Positions 7,785-16,000 of a stretch of 35,933 nt of DNA are shown here, piece after piece. The DNA comes from Chloroflexota bacterium (GTDB lineage Bacteria; Chloroflexota; Dormibacteria; Dormibacterales; Dormibacteraceae). Under the pieces are notes generated by a model. The model did no database searches and was not told the origin of the DNA. It saw nothing but the letters and a program-made list of their open reading frames with translations. The stretch is from positions 1 through 35,933 of the forward strand of contig VBJE01000214.1 in NCBI GenBank assembly GCA_005879675.1, written 5' to 3'. Each line of letters starts with the position of its first letter. The stretch's first letter is position 1. The position numbers and the translations under genes are program-made.

Positions 7785-8690
7785 ATGAGCGCCTCCCCCG
7801 CCGCCCAAGGCGCTACGGGGAAGGGACCCTGCGCCTTCGTACTCTCCGGTGGCGGAAGCCTGGGCGCGGTCCAGGTCGGGATGCTGAGAGCGCTGTTCGA
7901 GCAAGGCGTCTGCCCCGACTTCGTCGTCGGCACCTCGGTTGGAGCCGTCAACGCCGCCTGGATCGCCGGATGCCCCGACCCCGATGGGGTCCTGGAGCTC
8001 GGCGAGATCTGGAAGGGCCTGCGCCGGCAAGACGTGTTCCCGCTGAGCCCGATCACGAGCGCGAGAGGCCTCATCGGTCGCGCGAACCACTTCATCTCGA
8101 ACGAAAACCTCCGGAACCTGCTCGAGCGGCACCTCCCCTTCAAGCGCCTCGAGGAGTCGAAGGTGCCGGTCCATGTGGTGGCCACCGAGCTGAAGAGCGG
8201 GCGCGCGACGATCCTGACGTCGGGACCGGCCGTGCCGGCGCTGCTCGCCAGCTGCGCGATACCGGGAGTCTTCCCACCGGTCACGATCGGACGCCGCGAA
8301 TTCGTCGACGGTGGGGTCGCGAACCACACGCCGATCACGGTCGCGATCGAGCTGGGCGCGGTCAAGATCTACGTCCTGCCCGTCGGGTACCCGTGGTTGA
8401 ACCGCGAGCCGACGAACGCACTGGGCATGGCCCTGCACGCGCTGGCGCGCATCGTGGAGCAGAAGCTCGATGCGGAGGTCGACGCCAACCGCGGCGTGGC
8501 CGACATCCACGTCCTGCCGGCGCTGGACCTGGCGGACGTGTCGCCCGCGGACTTCAGCCACACCCAGGAGCTCGTCGATTGGGGCTACCGGGCGGCGCGG
8601 CGCTACCTCGGATCGTCGGCGAACGGGCGCGGAGTCGTGCCCGAGAAGGCCCGGCGGACCCTCAGGCTCGACCCCGCTCGAGCCGCGTAA
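7785..8690 (+). CDS. patatin-like phospholipase
   Basis: Oxyanion motif SGGGSLGAVQVG, nucleophile GTSVG (GxSxG) and Asp dyad FVDGGVANHTP. Confidence 0.85.
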   Translation: MSASPAAQGATGKGPCAFVLSGGGSLGAVQVGMLRALFEQGVCPDFVVGTSVGAVNAAWIAGCPDPDGVLELGEIWKGLRRQDVFPLSPITSARGLIGRANHFISNENLRNLLERHLPFKRLEESKVPVHVVATELKSGRATILTSGPAVPALLASCAIPGVFPPVTIGRREFVDGGVANHTPITVAIELGAVKIYVLPVGYPWLNREPTNALGMALHALARIVEQKLDAEVDANRGVADIHVLPALDLADVSPADFSHTQELVDWGYRAARRYLGSSANGRGVVPEKARRTLRLDPARAA

Positions 8691-8720
8691 GTTCGCGGCG
8701 GAAACCCTGCCGGGTTCCCT

Positions 8721-9080
8721 CTAGAGAGCTTTTCTGATCCGGGCGCGAAGCTCGTCGCCCAGGTCGCGCAGGTCGCTCATCCTCTCACCGCCCCGGTCGC
8801 GCAAGCCGCCGATCCGCTCCGCGCTCATGTGCCGCAGGTCGCTCACGCGCCCGGGAAGGGTCGCCTGAAGCTGCTCGACCAGCGTGCGCCGCCGCCGGCT
8901 GCGGTAGAGCATCCAGGCGAGCAAGCCCACTCCGAGGAGCGCTGCCCCGATGCCCGCCACGACCACCGTGGGTGGTATGCGCCGCGGTTCGAGCTCGTCG
9001 GCCTCTTCGCCGGCCATCTCGATCGTCTGCCTGCCTGCGTTGATCCGGTCGTTGATGTCGTCGTCGGCCATGGTGCTCAT
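8721..9080 (-). CDS. small single-TM protein, function unknown
   Basis: ORF 8721..9098 trimmed to ATG 9080, which is preceded by GAGGAG. It has an acidic N-terminus, a TM segment (VVVAGIGAALLGVGLLAWMLY), and a basic tail with reiterated SDLR/LRD motifs. Confidence 0.55.
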   Translation of the reverse strand: MSTMADDDINDRINAGRQTIEMAGEEADELEPRRIPPTVVVAGIGAALLGVGLLAWMLYRSRRRRTLVEQLQATLPGRVSDLRHMSAERIGGLRDRGGERMSDLRDLGDELRARIRKAL

Positions 9081-9231
9081 CGCATTCTCCTCTTTCACGC
9101 CAGTTCGGGTCTCCCTCCCAATTGAGAACGAACTCGAAGCCGGTAGCGGCGATGGCGGCGGCGTTTTCTAGGTGAGGCGCTCGGGCCGCAAGGTTCGCGC
9201 GCCTCAAACCGCAAGGGGAGGTGAAACCCCG

Positions 9232-9399
9232 ATGAAATGCGACGTCTGCAACGCGGAGGTTGCGAACTCGGAGGAGCTCAAGGCTCACATGGAGCGCGAA
9301 CACCCGGTGGGTGAGCAGGGCGACGAAGAGCTCGAGGCGCCCGACATGCTCAAGGAAGCCCAGGAAAAGGGTGCCCCGGTGATCCCGGGCAAGAACTAA
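9232..9399 (+). CDS. 55-aa protein with a single classical C2H2 zinc-finger motif
   Basis: ORF 9172..9399 trimmed to ATG 9232, preceded by GGGGAGG. MKCDVCNAEVANSEELKAHMEREH reads as C-x2-C-x12-H-x4-H with the conserved hydrophobic Leu. The C-terminal tail is acidic. Confidence 0.6.
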   Translation: MKCDVCNAEVANSEELKAHMEREHPVGEQGDEELEAPDMLKEAQEKGAPVIPGKN

Positions 9400-9416
9400 G
9401 AGCACAAGGGTCCAGG

Positions 9417-9454
9417 GCCGGCGGCGTGAAATGCGCCGCCGGCTTCTGCATTTT
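9417..9454 (+). terminator. rho-independent terminator after the zinc-finger gene
   Basis: Perfect 10-bp GC stem gccggcggcg (9417-9426) / cgccgccggc (9434-9443), a 7-nt loop, then the T-rich ttctgcatttt. It sits between convergent genes. Confidence 0.6.
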
Positions 9455-9470
9455 CAGGCCGGGTTCCCGG

Positions 9471-10406
9471 CTACGGGGTGCCCGCCTCCACCGGCTCCGC
9501 CTCGTCCAGCGTGGCGCGCCGGGTCGTGAGCTCGCCGACCGGCGACTTGGGCGGCGGGTTGACCGCCCACCCCTCATTCTCGATCAGCCGCCATGCCCAT
9601 TTCGGGTTGCGCCGTATGCGCTCGCGAGCCGCATAGAGCGCCTTCGACATCAGCTTGATGCCGGACAGGCCAGGCAGCTTGGCGATCGTGGCGTCGAGCT
9701 CGAGCAGCTCTTCCTCGCCCTGCTCATCGTCGAAGAGGTAGATCGCGAGCGCGTCCACCTCCTCCTGCTTCTTGACGCCTTGCCCGACAGGAACCCACAC
9801 GCGGTCGAGCATCCATCTGTCGACCTTCTGGGCCCGCTCGTTGCCGCTCAGCCACTCCTTGGCGGAGTTGAAGTAGAAGGCGTAGTGACGACGCTCGTCC
9901 TTGATGATCCGGCTCAGCAGGTCCTTCAACACCGGGTGGCCCGACTTGCGGATGAGCGCCCCATAGCCGGTGAGCGTCGAGAGCTCGTTGATCGCGCCGA
10001 TGGTCAGGTAGACGGCGGAGAAGTCCTTCAACAGCCACGAGCCCGCCATCGTGGAAATGAGGCTCACGCTGTTCTGGAAGCCGAGATTCGCGCGTACGTT
10101 GGCGATGCGCTCCTGGGTATCGAACTCGATGCCGTAGAGGTTCAGCAAACGGCCGATGTTCTCGCCGTGCCACAGCTCCTCGTAGTTCCAGCAAGCGAGG
10201 AACGCCGTGAGGATCGGATCCATGCATGCGCGCGTGACCAGCAGGTGCGAGAGGTAGAGAGGAACGTGGTTCTCGATGTCCATCATGTAGTGAAGGCAGA
10301 ACAGGTCGCCCTTGGACAGGGGATGGACCGCGACCTGGTCCCATTCGATGCCCGTGACGTCGACCTTCTTCGACTCTTCCTTGTACCGCTCGATGCTGAA
10401 GCTCAT
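9471..10406 (-). CDS. ferritin-like diiron protein, acyl-ACP desaturase-like
   Basis: ORF 9471..10442 trimmed to ATG 10406 (a GAGG lies upstream). The diiron ligand pattern is E...EELWH...E...DERRH (WNYEELWHGE and IKDERRHYAFY), which resembles soluble acyl-ACP desaturases. Confidence 0.65.
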   Translation of the reverse strand: MSFSIERYKEESKKVDVTGIEWDQVAVHPLSKGDLFCLHYMMDIENHVPLYLSHLLVTRACMDPILTAFLACWNYEELWHGENIGRLLNLYGIEFDTQERIANVRANLGFQNSVSLISTMAGSWLLKDFSAVYLTIGAINELSTLTGYGALIRKSGHPVLKDLLSRIIKDERRHYAFYFNSAKEWLSGNERAQKVDRWMLDRVWVPVGQGVKKQEEVDALAIYLFDDEQGEEELLELDATIAKLPGLSGIKLMSKALYAARERIRRNPKWAWRLIENEGWAVNPPPKSPVGELTTRRATLDEAEPVEAGTP

Positions 10407-10552
10407 ATCAACCTCTACGAATTCGAACCAACGATGGATCAATAAGGAATCACGGCCAACTCACAGCACCTTCCCAATGCCTCCTGAGCGGCCGCCGCCA
10501 GTCTAGGTCGCGACGCTCGGCGTGTGGGCGATCAAGAACAGGAGGACGAAAA

Positions 10553-10813
10553 ATGGTCCAGGGAGTTCGAAGATTGGTCGTTGCGGGAGCCGTGGCAGGC
10601 TCGATGCTGGTCGGAGGGATTGGAGGGGCCGCCCTCTACGCGACGACGCTGGCCGCCTCTGCGGCCTCGCCGTCACCGAGTCCGTCGAGTGGCTCTGGCT
10701 CGAGCACCGCCTCTGGCAAGTTCGTGCCCAACGAGGACCCCGCTCACGAAGCCACGGAGAGCGCGGCCCGAGAGGCCCAGGAGGACGCCGGCCAGGTACC
10801 GACCGTACCGTAA
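10553..10813 (+). CDS. small secreted or membrane-anchored protein, function unknown
   Basis: Strong RBS (caGGAGGacgaaaaATG). It has an N-terminal hydrophobic segment, then an SPSPSPSSGSGSS linker and an acidic tail (NEDPAHEATESAAREAQEDAG). Confidence 0.55.
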   Translation: MVQGVRRLVVAGAVAGSMLVGGIGGAALYATTLAASAASPSPSPSSGSGSSTASGKFVPNEDPAHEATESAAREAQEDAGQVPTVP

Positions 10814-10821
10814 CCCGCGCC

Positions 10822-11742
10822 CTAAGGCAGGAGTTGCCTCGCCACGAACCACATGTTGGCGGGGCGCTCCGCCAGGCGCCGCAGGTACCACGCGTACCAC
10901 GCGTCGCCGTATGCGATCAGACATCGCACCCCGTATCCCTCCCGCGCCAGGCGCAGCTGCTCGTCGGTGCGGATCCCGTACAGCATCGCGACCTCGAAAT
11001 GCGCTCGCTCCATGCCGAGCGCCTGCGCAAACCTCCACGCCTTCGCGATGAGCACCGTGTCGTGCGTGGCGAGGACGAGGCGCAGGTTGCGGCGCTTGAC
11101 CTCCGGGAGCAAGAAGGCGCACAGGGCGAGGTAGTTCTCGTCGACCTCGCGCTTGCGCATGAAGGCGATCTCAGCAGGTTCCGCGTAAGCGCCCTTGACC
11201 AGGCGGATCGCGGCCTTCAACGGCAGCAGGGTCGCGACGTCGCTCACGGTCCGGTGCAGGTACGCCTGGAGGGCGACGCCCACGTTGGCGTGCTCCGCGC
11301 GCAGGGTCTTGTAGAGGTCGAGGGTGCGCTCGGTGTACGCGCTGCCCTCCATGTCGATCCAGAGAAAGCTCTTCGCGTTGGCGGCCGCTCGCGCGAGGCG
11401 CAGCAGGTTGGCGTAGGCCGCGTCGGGGTCGATGTCGAGGCCGAGCTGCGTCGGCTTGACGGAAACCTCGGCCTCCACTCCCGCGGACGCGGCGAGGACC
11501 TCTTCGTAGTGCTCGACGACGCGGTTCGCGTCCGCGAGGTCGGTGACGTTTTCGCCCAGGAGCGTGAACAGCGCGCCGACGCCCCTGGCCTTGAAGTCCG
11601 TCGCCGCCTTCAGCGCGGCCTCAAAGCCCTCGCCCGGAAGAAACCTCTTGACCGCGCGCCGCGCAAAGCGCCAGCGCGGGACGTGGGTCGCCAGCCACCG
11701 ATTCCCGGCGGCCCACAAGAAGAGCGCTCGCATCGAGAACAC
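10822..11742 (-). CDS. proline dehydrogenase (monofunctional PutA-like)
   Basis: Family-typical stretches: VSVKPTQLG, IDMEGS, ALQAYL, IRLVKGAY, LATHD, EVAMLYGI, and a C-terminal YLRRLAERPAN. The start could be GTG 11742 or ATG 11733. Confidence 0.85.
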   Translation of the reverse strand: MFSMRALFLWAAGNRWLATHVPRWRFARRAVKRFLPGEGFEAALKAATDFKARGVGALFTLLGENVTDLADANRVVEHYEEVLAASAGVEAEVSVKPTQLGLDIDPDAAYANLLRLARAAANAKSFLWIDMEGSAYTERTLDLYKTLRAEHANVGVALQAYLHRTVSDVATLLPLKAAIRLVKGAYAEPAEIAFMRKREVDENYLALCAFLLPEVKRRNLRLVLATHDTVLIAKAWRFAQALGMERAHFEVAMLYGIRTDEQLRLAREGYGVRCLIAYGDAWYAWYLRRLAERPANMWFVARQLLP

Positions 11743-11783
11743 AAGGTATATGAGCGGGCGCGAGCGGGCGCCCGCTCAGTCAC

Positions 11784-12017
11784 CTAGGCAGGCCGATTGC
11801 CCCCCAGCGAGCATTCGACGCTGCAAAAGGCCTCCGCCCCTCGCCACACAGCGCCGTACTCGATCGGCGACGCGCACGAGGCGCAGAAGCTCGGCGTGCC
11901 GCCCGCCACGATGCGGAGCGGCGGCCGCCCGGCGTTCGGCCGCGCCTGGCCCTGGCGGAACGCGATGCGCTCCGCCTGGCCGGCCAACCTACCGACCGGG
12001 AACTGCACGATCCCCAT
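11784..12017 (-). CDS. small Cys-motif protein, TRASH/YHS-like zinc ribbon
   Basis: ORF 11784..12032 with ATG 12017 as the likely start. Third codon positions are G/C-rich. FCASCASPIEYGAVWRGAEAFCSVEC reads as C-x2-C-x16-C-x3-C, and the GxxxFCSxxC tail is typical of TRASH/YHS modules. Confidence 0.45.
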   Translation of the reverse strand: MGIVQFPVGRLAGQAERIAFRQGQARPNAGRPPLRIVAGGTPSFCASCASPIEYGAVWRGAEAFCSVECSLGGNRPA

Positions 12018-12171
12018 TCCCCGTCCCTCCAAGCCCAGACTCCAGCTGAATCAAGGCAAGTATCGACGTCGCGCAGATTCTGTCACCGTACGGTTGTAGG
12101 AGACAACCCTCCTACCCCTCGTAAATTGTTGTGAGGAAAACGAAGAGGACGCCGGGTAAGCGGGGCCCGGG

Positions 12172-12507
12172 TCAGCCCCTGCGCGAGCGCGAGTGGCCCG
12201 TGCGGCCTCCCTTCATCAGCTGGCGCCAGCCTCGGGCCTCGATCTCGACGCCGTACTTGCGCGCGGCGATGCGGATCCGCCGCCAGGCGGCGTCCCGTTC
12301 CTTGTCGGTCACACCCTCGACCTGGTCGAAGCGGGCGATCGCGTTGCGCACGTGACGGGCGTCGTTGAGCGGCTCCTTGCGCTCCTGCGGGAAGGCAAAT
12401 GTGTCGGCGGGCATTCGGTCTCGCTGCCCGGTCGACAGGCCCGGCGAGCGCCTGGCGCCATGCGTGGTGTTGCGCCGTGCCGCGGTCTTCTGGCGGGTGG
12501 TGGCCAT
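12172..12507 (-). CDS. DUF6582-like protein
   Basis: ORF 12172..12549 trimmed to ATG 12507, preceded by GGAGG. The core FAFPQERKEPLNDARHVRNAIARFDQVEGVTDKERDAAWRRIRIAARKYGVE matches my memory of that family. Confidence 0.6.
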   Translation of the reverse strand: MATTRQKTAARRNTTHGARRSPGLSTGQRDRMPADTFAFPQERKEPLNDARHVRNAIARFDQVEGVTDKERDAAWRRIRIAARKYGVEIEARGWRQLMKGGRTGHSRSRRG

Positions 12508-12572
12508 GCGAAAACCTCCTCGAGGTGGAATTTCTCCGTAACCGGGCAACGCGTCGAGTCAGCCGCGCACCC

Positions 12573-12608
12573 GCAAAGAAGAAGGGCCGGTCCCGAAGGA
12601 CTCGGCCC
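12573..12608 (-). terminator. rho-independent terminator for the 12643..12969 gene
   Basis: On the minus strand: gggccgagtccttcgggaccggccc (12608-12584, about a 10-bp stem with one bulge and a ttcg loop), followed by ttcttcttt. Confidence 0.55.
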
Positions 12609-12642
12609 TACAGCTCCCCTGAGGAGGTCAGGGAGACCTTTG

Positions 12643-12969
12643 TTACGAAGGAGACGGCTTAGCGCTGGGCGAAGCGTTGCCGCCGCCACCGCTGGGCATT
12701 GGCGACGTCACGCTCGGGTTGTTGACGGTCGAGCCGCCAGAGCGAGTGCCGAACCAGTTCCACTGCGTGAAGCCGAAAAACAGCAGGATCAGCACAAGCA
12801 AGGCCAGGATCGCCGCCGCCATGCCCGCTCCCGCCCCCGAACCCGTGTCGCCGGTCTCGACGACCTCGGTGCCCGCCGGGCTCCAGTACCGGCGAACGCT
12901 GTACCCGCCTGCTCCGAGAAGCACGGCCAGTACGAGGATGACGAGCAGGATGAATAGCAGAGTTCCCAA
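12643..12969 (-). CDS. small two-TM membrane protein
   Basis: TTG start at 12969 with AGGAGG 8 nt upstream. Two hydrophobic segments (LLFILLVILVLAVLLGAGG and AAAILALLVLILLFFGF) and a Gly/Ser/Pro-rich tail. Confidence 0.6.
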   Translation of the reverse strand: MGTLLFILLVILVLAVLLGAGGYSVRRYWSPAGTEVVETGDTGSGAGAGMAAAILALLVLILLFFGFTQWNWFGTRSGGSTVNNPSVTSPMPSGGGGNASPSAKPSPS

Positions 12970-13092
12970 GCACGAACCTCCTTTGAGATCGGTACGACCC
13001 TTGCTTCCTCAGCGAGTGGCGTCGGGCCGCTCGTCTCGGTAACGCCCAGGGGTCCGGCGACTACCTGTAGCCGAATACGGCCTGAACTCGGG

Positions 13093-14106
13093 CTAGCTCG
13101 CCGTTTTGGCCCGCCGGCGCCTGACGACGCCCACCGCCAGGGCGAGCGCCATGACGAGGCCGAGGGAGGCGCGCTGGAAGATCGACCGCCGCGGCGGTTC
13201 CACGGGGTCGCTCTCGGCCTGCCTCTCCTTGATCGCCTCGACGGGTTTTCCCTTGTCGCGTGACTCGTGCATGGGGCTGGCGACGATGCCCAGGCGCGCG
13301 GGCTCGCCGAGGCGGAACCGGTTGAAAACCGCGCCCAGGAGGACCAGCTGGCTCAGGAGGTAGAACCACGTCGCGAGCAGGAAGAAAAGCGCGAACTGCG
13401 CGCCGTAGGTGTTGAACCCCCCCGCGATCTTTGCGTACAGCGGAAAGACGAGCGACAGCGCCTCGATCAGGACGCCCGCGACCAGCGCGCCCGGCAGCAC
13501 CTCTCGGAAGCGGAACGTCCGGTTCGGAACGAATCGATAGAGGGCGACCAGCAGCGCCACCATCACGAACGCGCCGGCGACGAAGCCGATGATCCACGTC
13601 GCCCAGGACGCCAGCGGGAAGAACGCCGCCCCCGAGTTGATGGCGACCGTGAGCACGATCGCGGCGACGAGCAGAAGCATCATGACAAGCCCCATGAGGC
13701 GCTGGCGGAGCATGTCGCGCTGCCGGGTGCCGAAGATCTGGGTGAGGGCGAACTCCATGGTGGAGAAGATGCTGCTCGCGCTCCAGAGCAGGCCGGCGAA
13801 CGAGATGACTCCCAACCAGCCGGCAGACTGCCTCACGCCCCCCAACGCCTTCTGCAGCTCGGGCTGCGCGCTGGCCGGAAACACCTGGAGGACAAGCGAC
13901 TGGACGTGGGCCGCGGTCGCGGGATCGCGCGTCGCCAGGCCGATGATCGCCAGCGCGCCGAGCATCATCGGGAACATGGCCATGAAGCCGGCGAAGGCGA
14001 GGGCGAGCGCGTAGTTGCTTGCCTGGCTCTCGCCGTACGCGATGAGCACCCGCGCGGGAAGCGTGCGCTGGGCGCGCTCCATCATCCGCTGGATGCGGCC
14101 CTTCAT
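13093..14106 (-). CDS. YihY/BrkB family membrane protein
   Basis: ORF 13093..14211 trimmed to ATG 14106. SNYALALAFAGFMAMFP, the LLWSASSIFSTME..L..IFG signature and six TM-like segments are typical of the YihY (RNase BN-like) family. Confidence 0.85.
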   Translation of the reverse strand: MKGRIQRMMERAQRTLPARVLIAYGESQASNYALALAFAGFMAMFPMMLGALAIIGLATRDPATAAHVQSLVLQVFPASAQPELQKALGGVRQSAGWLGVISFAGLLWSASSIFSTMEFALTQIFGTRQRDMLRQRLMGLVMMLLLVAAIVLTVAINSGAAFFPLASWATWIIGFVAGAFVMVALLVALYRFVPNRTFRFREVLPGALVAGVLIEALSLVFPLYAKIAGGFNTYGAQFALFFLLATWFYLLSQLVLLGAVFNRFRLGEPARLGIVASPMHESRDKGKPVEAIKERQAESDPVEPPRRSIFQRASLGLVMALALAVGVVRRRRAKTAS

Positions 14107-14116
14107 GCCGCGGAGG

Positions 14117-14563
14117 CTACTCCGCCTGTGGCGCGGCGTACCGGTCGTCGGGGGCGCTCGCGATTCTCTCCAGGAGCGCCGAGCCGGCGGTGCCGACCAG
14201 CACCGGAGCAACCTTGCGCAGGATGTCCTCGACCGTCCCCGGCTCCTCCTGCGTCTTCTCGTTGACCCTCACGGTCACGGAAGGTAAGCGGTCCTTGAGC
14301 CGACCGGAGACTTCCCGGGCGAGCGACCGCAGGTTCTCGACGGAGAGGTCGTCGATGCGGTCGCGCAGCGTCGGCCGCCGCATGCGGCGGTAGATGAGCA
14401 AGCCGACCCCCGCGACGACCGCCACCCCGGCGACCATGGCCGCGATGCGACCGTAGCGCTTGGCGTTGGACGCGGCTCGTCCCTCGAGCTGCGTCAGGTT
14501 CGTGTCCATCCGCTCGCGCGTCTCTTTTATCTGCCGTTCGATTTCACGCGCCGAAGCGCCCAT
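14117..14563 (-). CDS. DUF3618 domain protein
   Basis: ORF 14117..14698 trimmed to ATG 14563, preceded by GAAGGAG. The N-terminus MGASAREIERQIKETRERMDTNLTQLEGR is the DUF3618 signature. One TM follows. It overlaps the upstream holin-family gene by 37 nt. Confidence 0.75.
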   Translation of the reverse strand: MGASAREIERQIKETRERMDTNLTQLEGRAASNAKRYGRIAAMVAGVAVVAGVGLLIYRRMRRPTLRDRIDDLSVENLRSLAREVSGRLKDRLPSVTVRVNEKTQEEPGTVEDILRKVAPVLVGTAGSALLERIASAPDDRYAAPQAE

Positions 14564-14898
14564 TCCTTGTTCTCCTTCAAGCTCTCGACCGTGCGGGGCG
14601 GAAGGCCGATGCGCATCCGCGCCTTGCCCACCAGTACGAGGGCCAGCCCGATCACCACATACGCGGCGACCCAGACCGCGGCGGCCTCCCACTTCCACGG
14701 CACGAGGGCGATCACCAGAGATGGGACGGCGACGAGGATCGCGAGCACGACGAGCAGACCGCCGAAGGCGATGAGGCCGCCGGCGATCGCGTTTCCCTTC
14801 GCGAGCTCCTTCGCCTCCTGCTTGGCAAGCGCGACCTCAAGCGAGACCAGCCGCTGCGCGTCGCTGATCACGGAGGCGATCAGCCCGCGCGAGCTCAT
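14527..14898 (-). CDS. holin-X (holin superfamily III) family membrane protein
   Basis: ORF 14527..14937. MSSRGLIASVISDAQRLVSLEVALAKQEAKELAKGNA followed by two TM segments matches the actinobacterial 'phage holin family protein' pattern. The start is ATG 14898 or GTG 14937. Confidence 0.7.
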   Translation of the reverse strand: MSSRGLIASVISDAQRLVSLEVALAKQEAKELAKGNAIAGGLIAFGGLLVVLAILVAVPSLVIALVPWKWEAAAVWVAAYVVIGLALVLVGKARMRIGLPPRTVESLKENKEWALRRVKSNGR

Positions 14899-14989
14899 GT
14901 CCTGGTCCTTGCGGGTGGTGTCGACAGGCGCGCGCACTCACAGGTTGAACGCGTCGCGTATTGGCCATACGCAGGCGCGTTTTCAGTAG

Positions 14990-15985
14990 GTGAGCATGAA
15001 GCCAGGCGTCGGGCGCGGTGTGGAAATCGGCTACACCCTGTCGAGCGAGGAGAGGCAGCCGGACGAGCTGGTCCGGTACGCGCAGATGGCCGAGGCGTCA
15101 GGGTTCGGCTACGCGCTGATCTCCGACCACTTTCACCCCTGGACCGACAGGCAGGGCAGCTCCCCCTTCGTGTGGTCTGTGCTGGGCGGCATCGCCGCCA
15201 CCACGAAGCGGCTCCGCGTCGGCACCGGCGTGACCTGTCCGATCATGCGCGTCCACCCCGCGATCATCGCCCAGGCCTCGGCGACCATGGGCTGCCTGAT
15301 GCCGGGCCGTTTCTTCCTCGGCGTGGGCAGCGGGGAGAGCCTGAACGAGCACATCACCGGCCAGACCTGGCCGCCCCCGGACATGCGCCAGGACATGCTG
15401 GAAGAGGCGGTCGAGGTGCTGCGGCTGCTGCACCGGGGCGGCGAGCACAGCCACCACGGACGGTTCTTCCAGGTCCAGGATGCCCGCGTCTACAACCTGC
15501 CCGACGAGCAAATCCCCATCTACGTCGCGGCCGCCGGCCAGCTGGCCGCGAAGCTGGCCGCGAGGGCCGGCGACGGGATGATCTGCTCCGCGCCTTCGGC
15601 CGAGTCCGTGGCCGCGTTCGACGGGAACGGCGGCGCAGGCAAGCCGCGTATCGGTCAGCTCACCGTGTGCTGGGCCAAGACCGAGGACGAGGGCGTGCGC
15701 ACGGCGCACGAGCTGTGGCCCATCGCCGGGCTCTCAGGCCAGTTCAAGAACGAGCTGCCGCGGGTGGCGTACCTCGAGCAGGCGAGCAAGACCGTGACGC
15801 CCGACCTCATCAAGGAAGAGGTGGTCTGCGGACCCGACCCGCAGCGCCATCTCGACGGCATCGCGGAGTTCGTGAAGGCGGGCTTCGACCACGTGTACGT
15901 GCACCAGGTCGGTCCGGACCAGGAAGGGTTCATGCGCTTCTACGAGCGCGAGATCTTCCCCCACGCGGGAGCAATCGCCGCCTAG
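14990..15985 (+). CDS. LLM-class F420-dependent oxidoreductase (G6PDH-related subfamily)
   Basis: IGYTLSSEE..PDELV..AQMAEASGFGYALISDHFHPW and GVGSGESLNEH are hallmarks I associate with the F420-dependent LLM/G6PDH-family TIM barrels. Confidence 0.8.
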   Translation: MSMKPGVGRGVEIGYTLSSEERQPDELVRYAQMAEASGFGYALISDHFHPWTDRQGSSPFVWSVLGGIAATTKRLRVGTGVTCPIMRVHPAIIAQASATMGCLMPGRFFLGVGSGESLNEHITGQTWPPPDMRQDMLEEAVEVLRLLHRGGEHSHHGRFFQVQDARVYNLPDEQIPIYVAAAGQLAAKLAARAGDGMICSAPSAESVAAFDGNGGAGKPRIGQLTVCWAKTEDEGVRTAHELWPIAGLSGQFKNELPRVAYLEQASKTVTPDLIKEEVVCGPDPQRHLDGIAEFVKAGFDHVYVHQVGPDQEGFMRFYEREIFPHAGAIAA

Positions 15986-16000
15986 CGCCGCGCTCTGGCC

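Noticed and set aside
6404-8365. 653-aa minus-strand ORF spanning the TolB-like and patatin loci
   Set aside because: Its composition is dominated by Arg/Ala/Pro/Ser/Gly with no recognisable motif. It is antisense to three well-supported plus-strand genes, so it is a typical high-GC shadow ORF.
7785-8690. Patatin-like lipase as a CBASS/defence-system effector
   Set aside because: No cyclase (CD-NTase), SAVED/STING or other sensor, and no E1/E2/JAB accessory genes are adjacent. The neighbours are cell-envelope genes.
14527-14937. Holin-family annotation as evidence for a prophage lysis cassette
   Set aside because: There is no endolysin, spanin, terminase, capsid, integrase or att-like repeat nearby. 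The gene sits with DUF3618 and YihY, the usual chromosomal stress-cluster context for this family.
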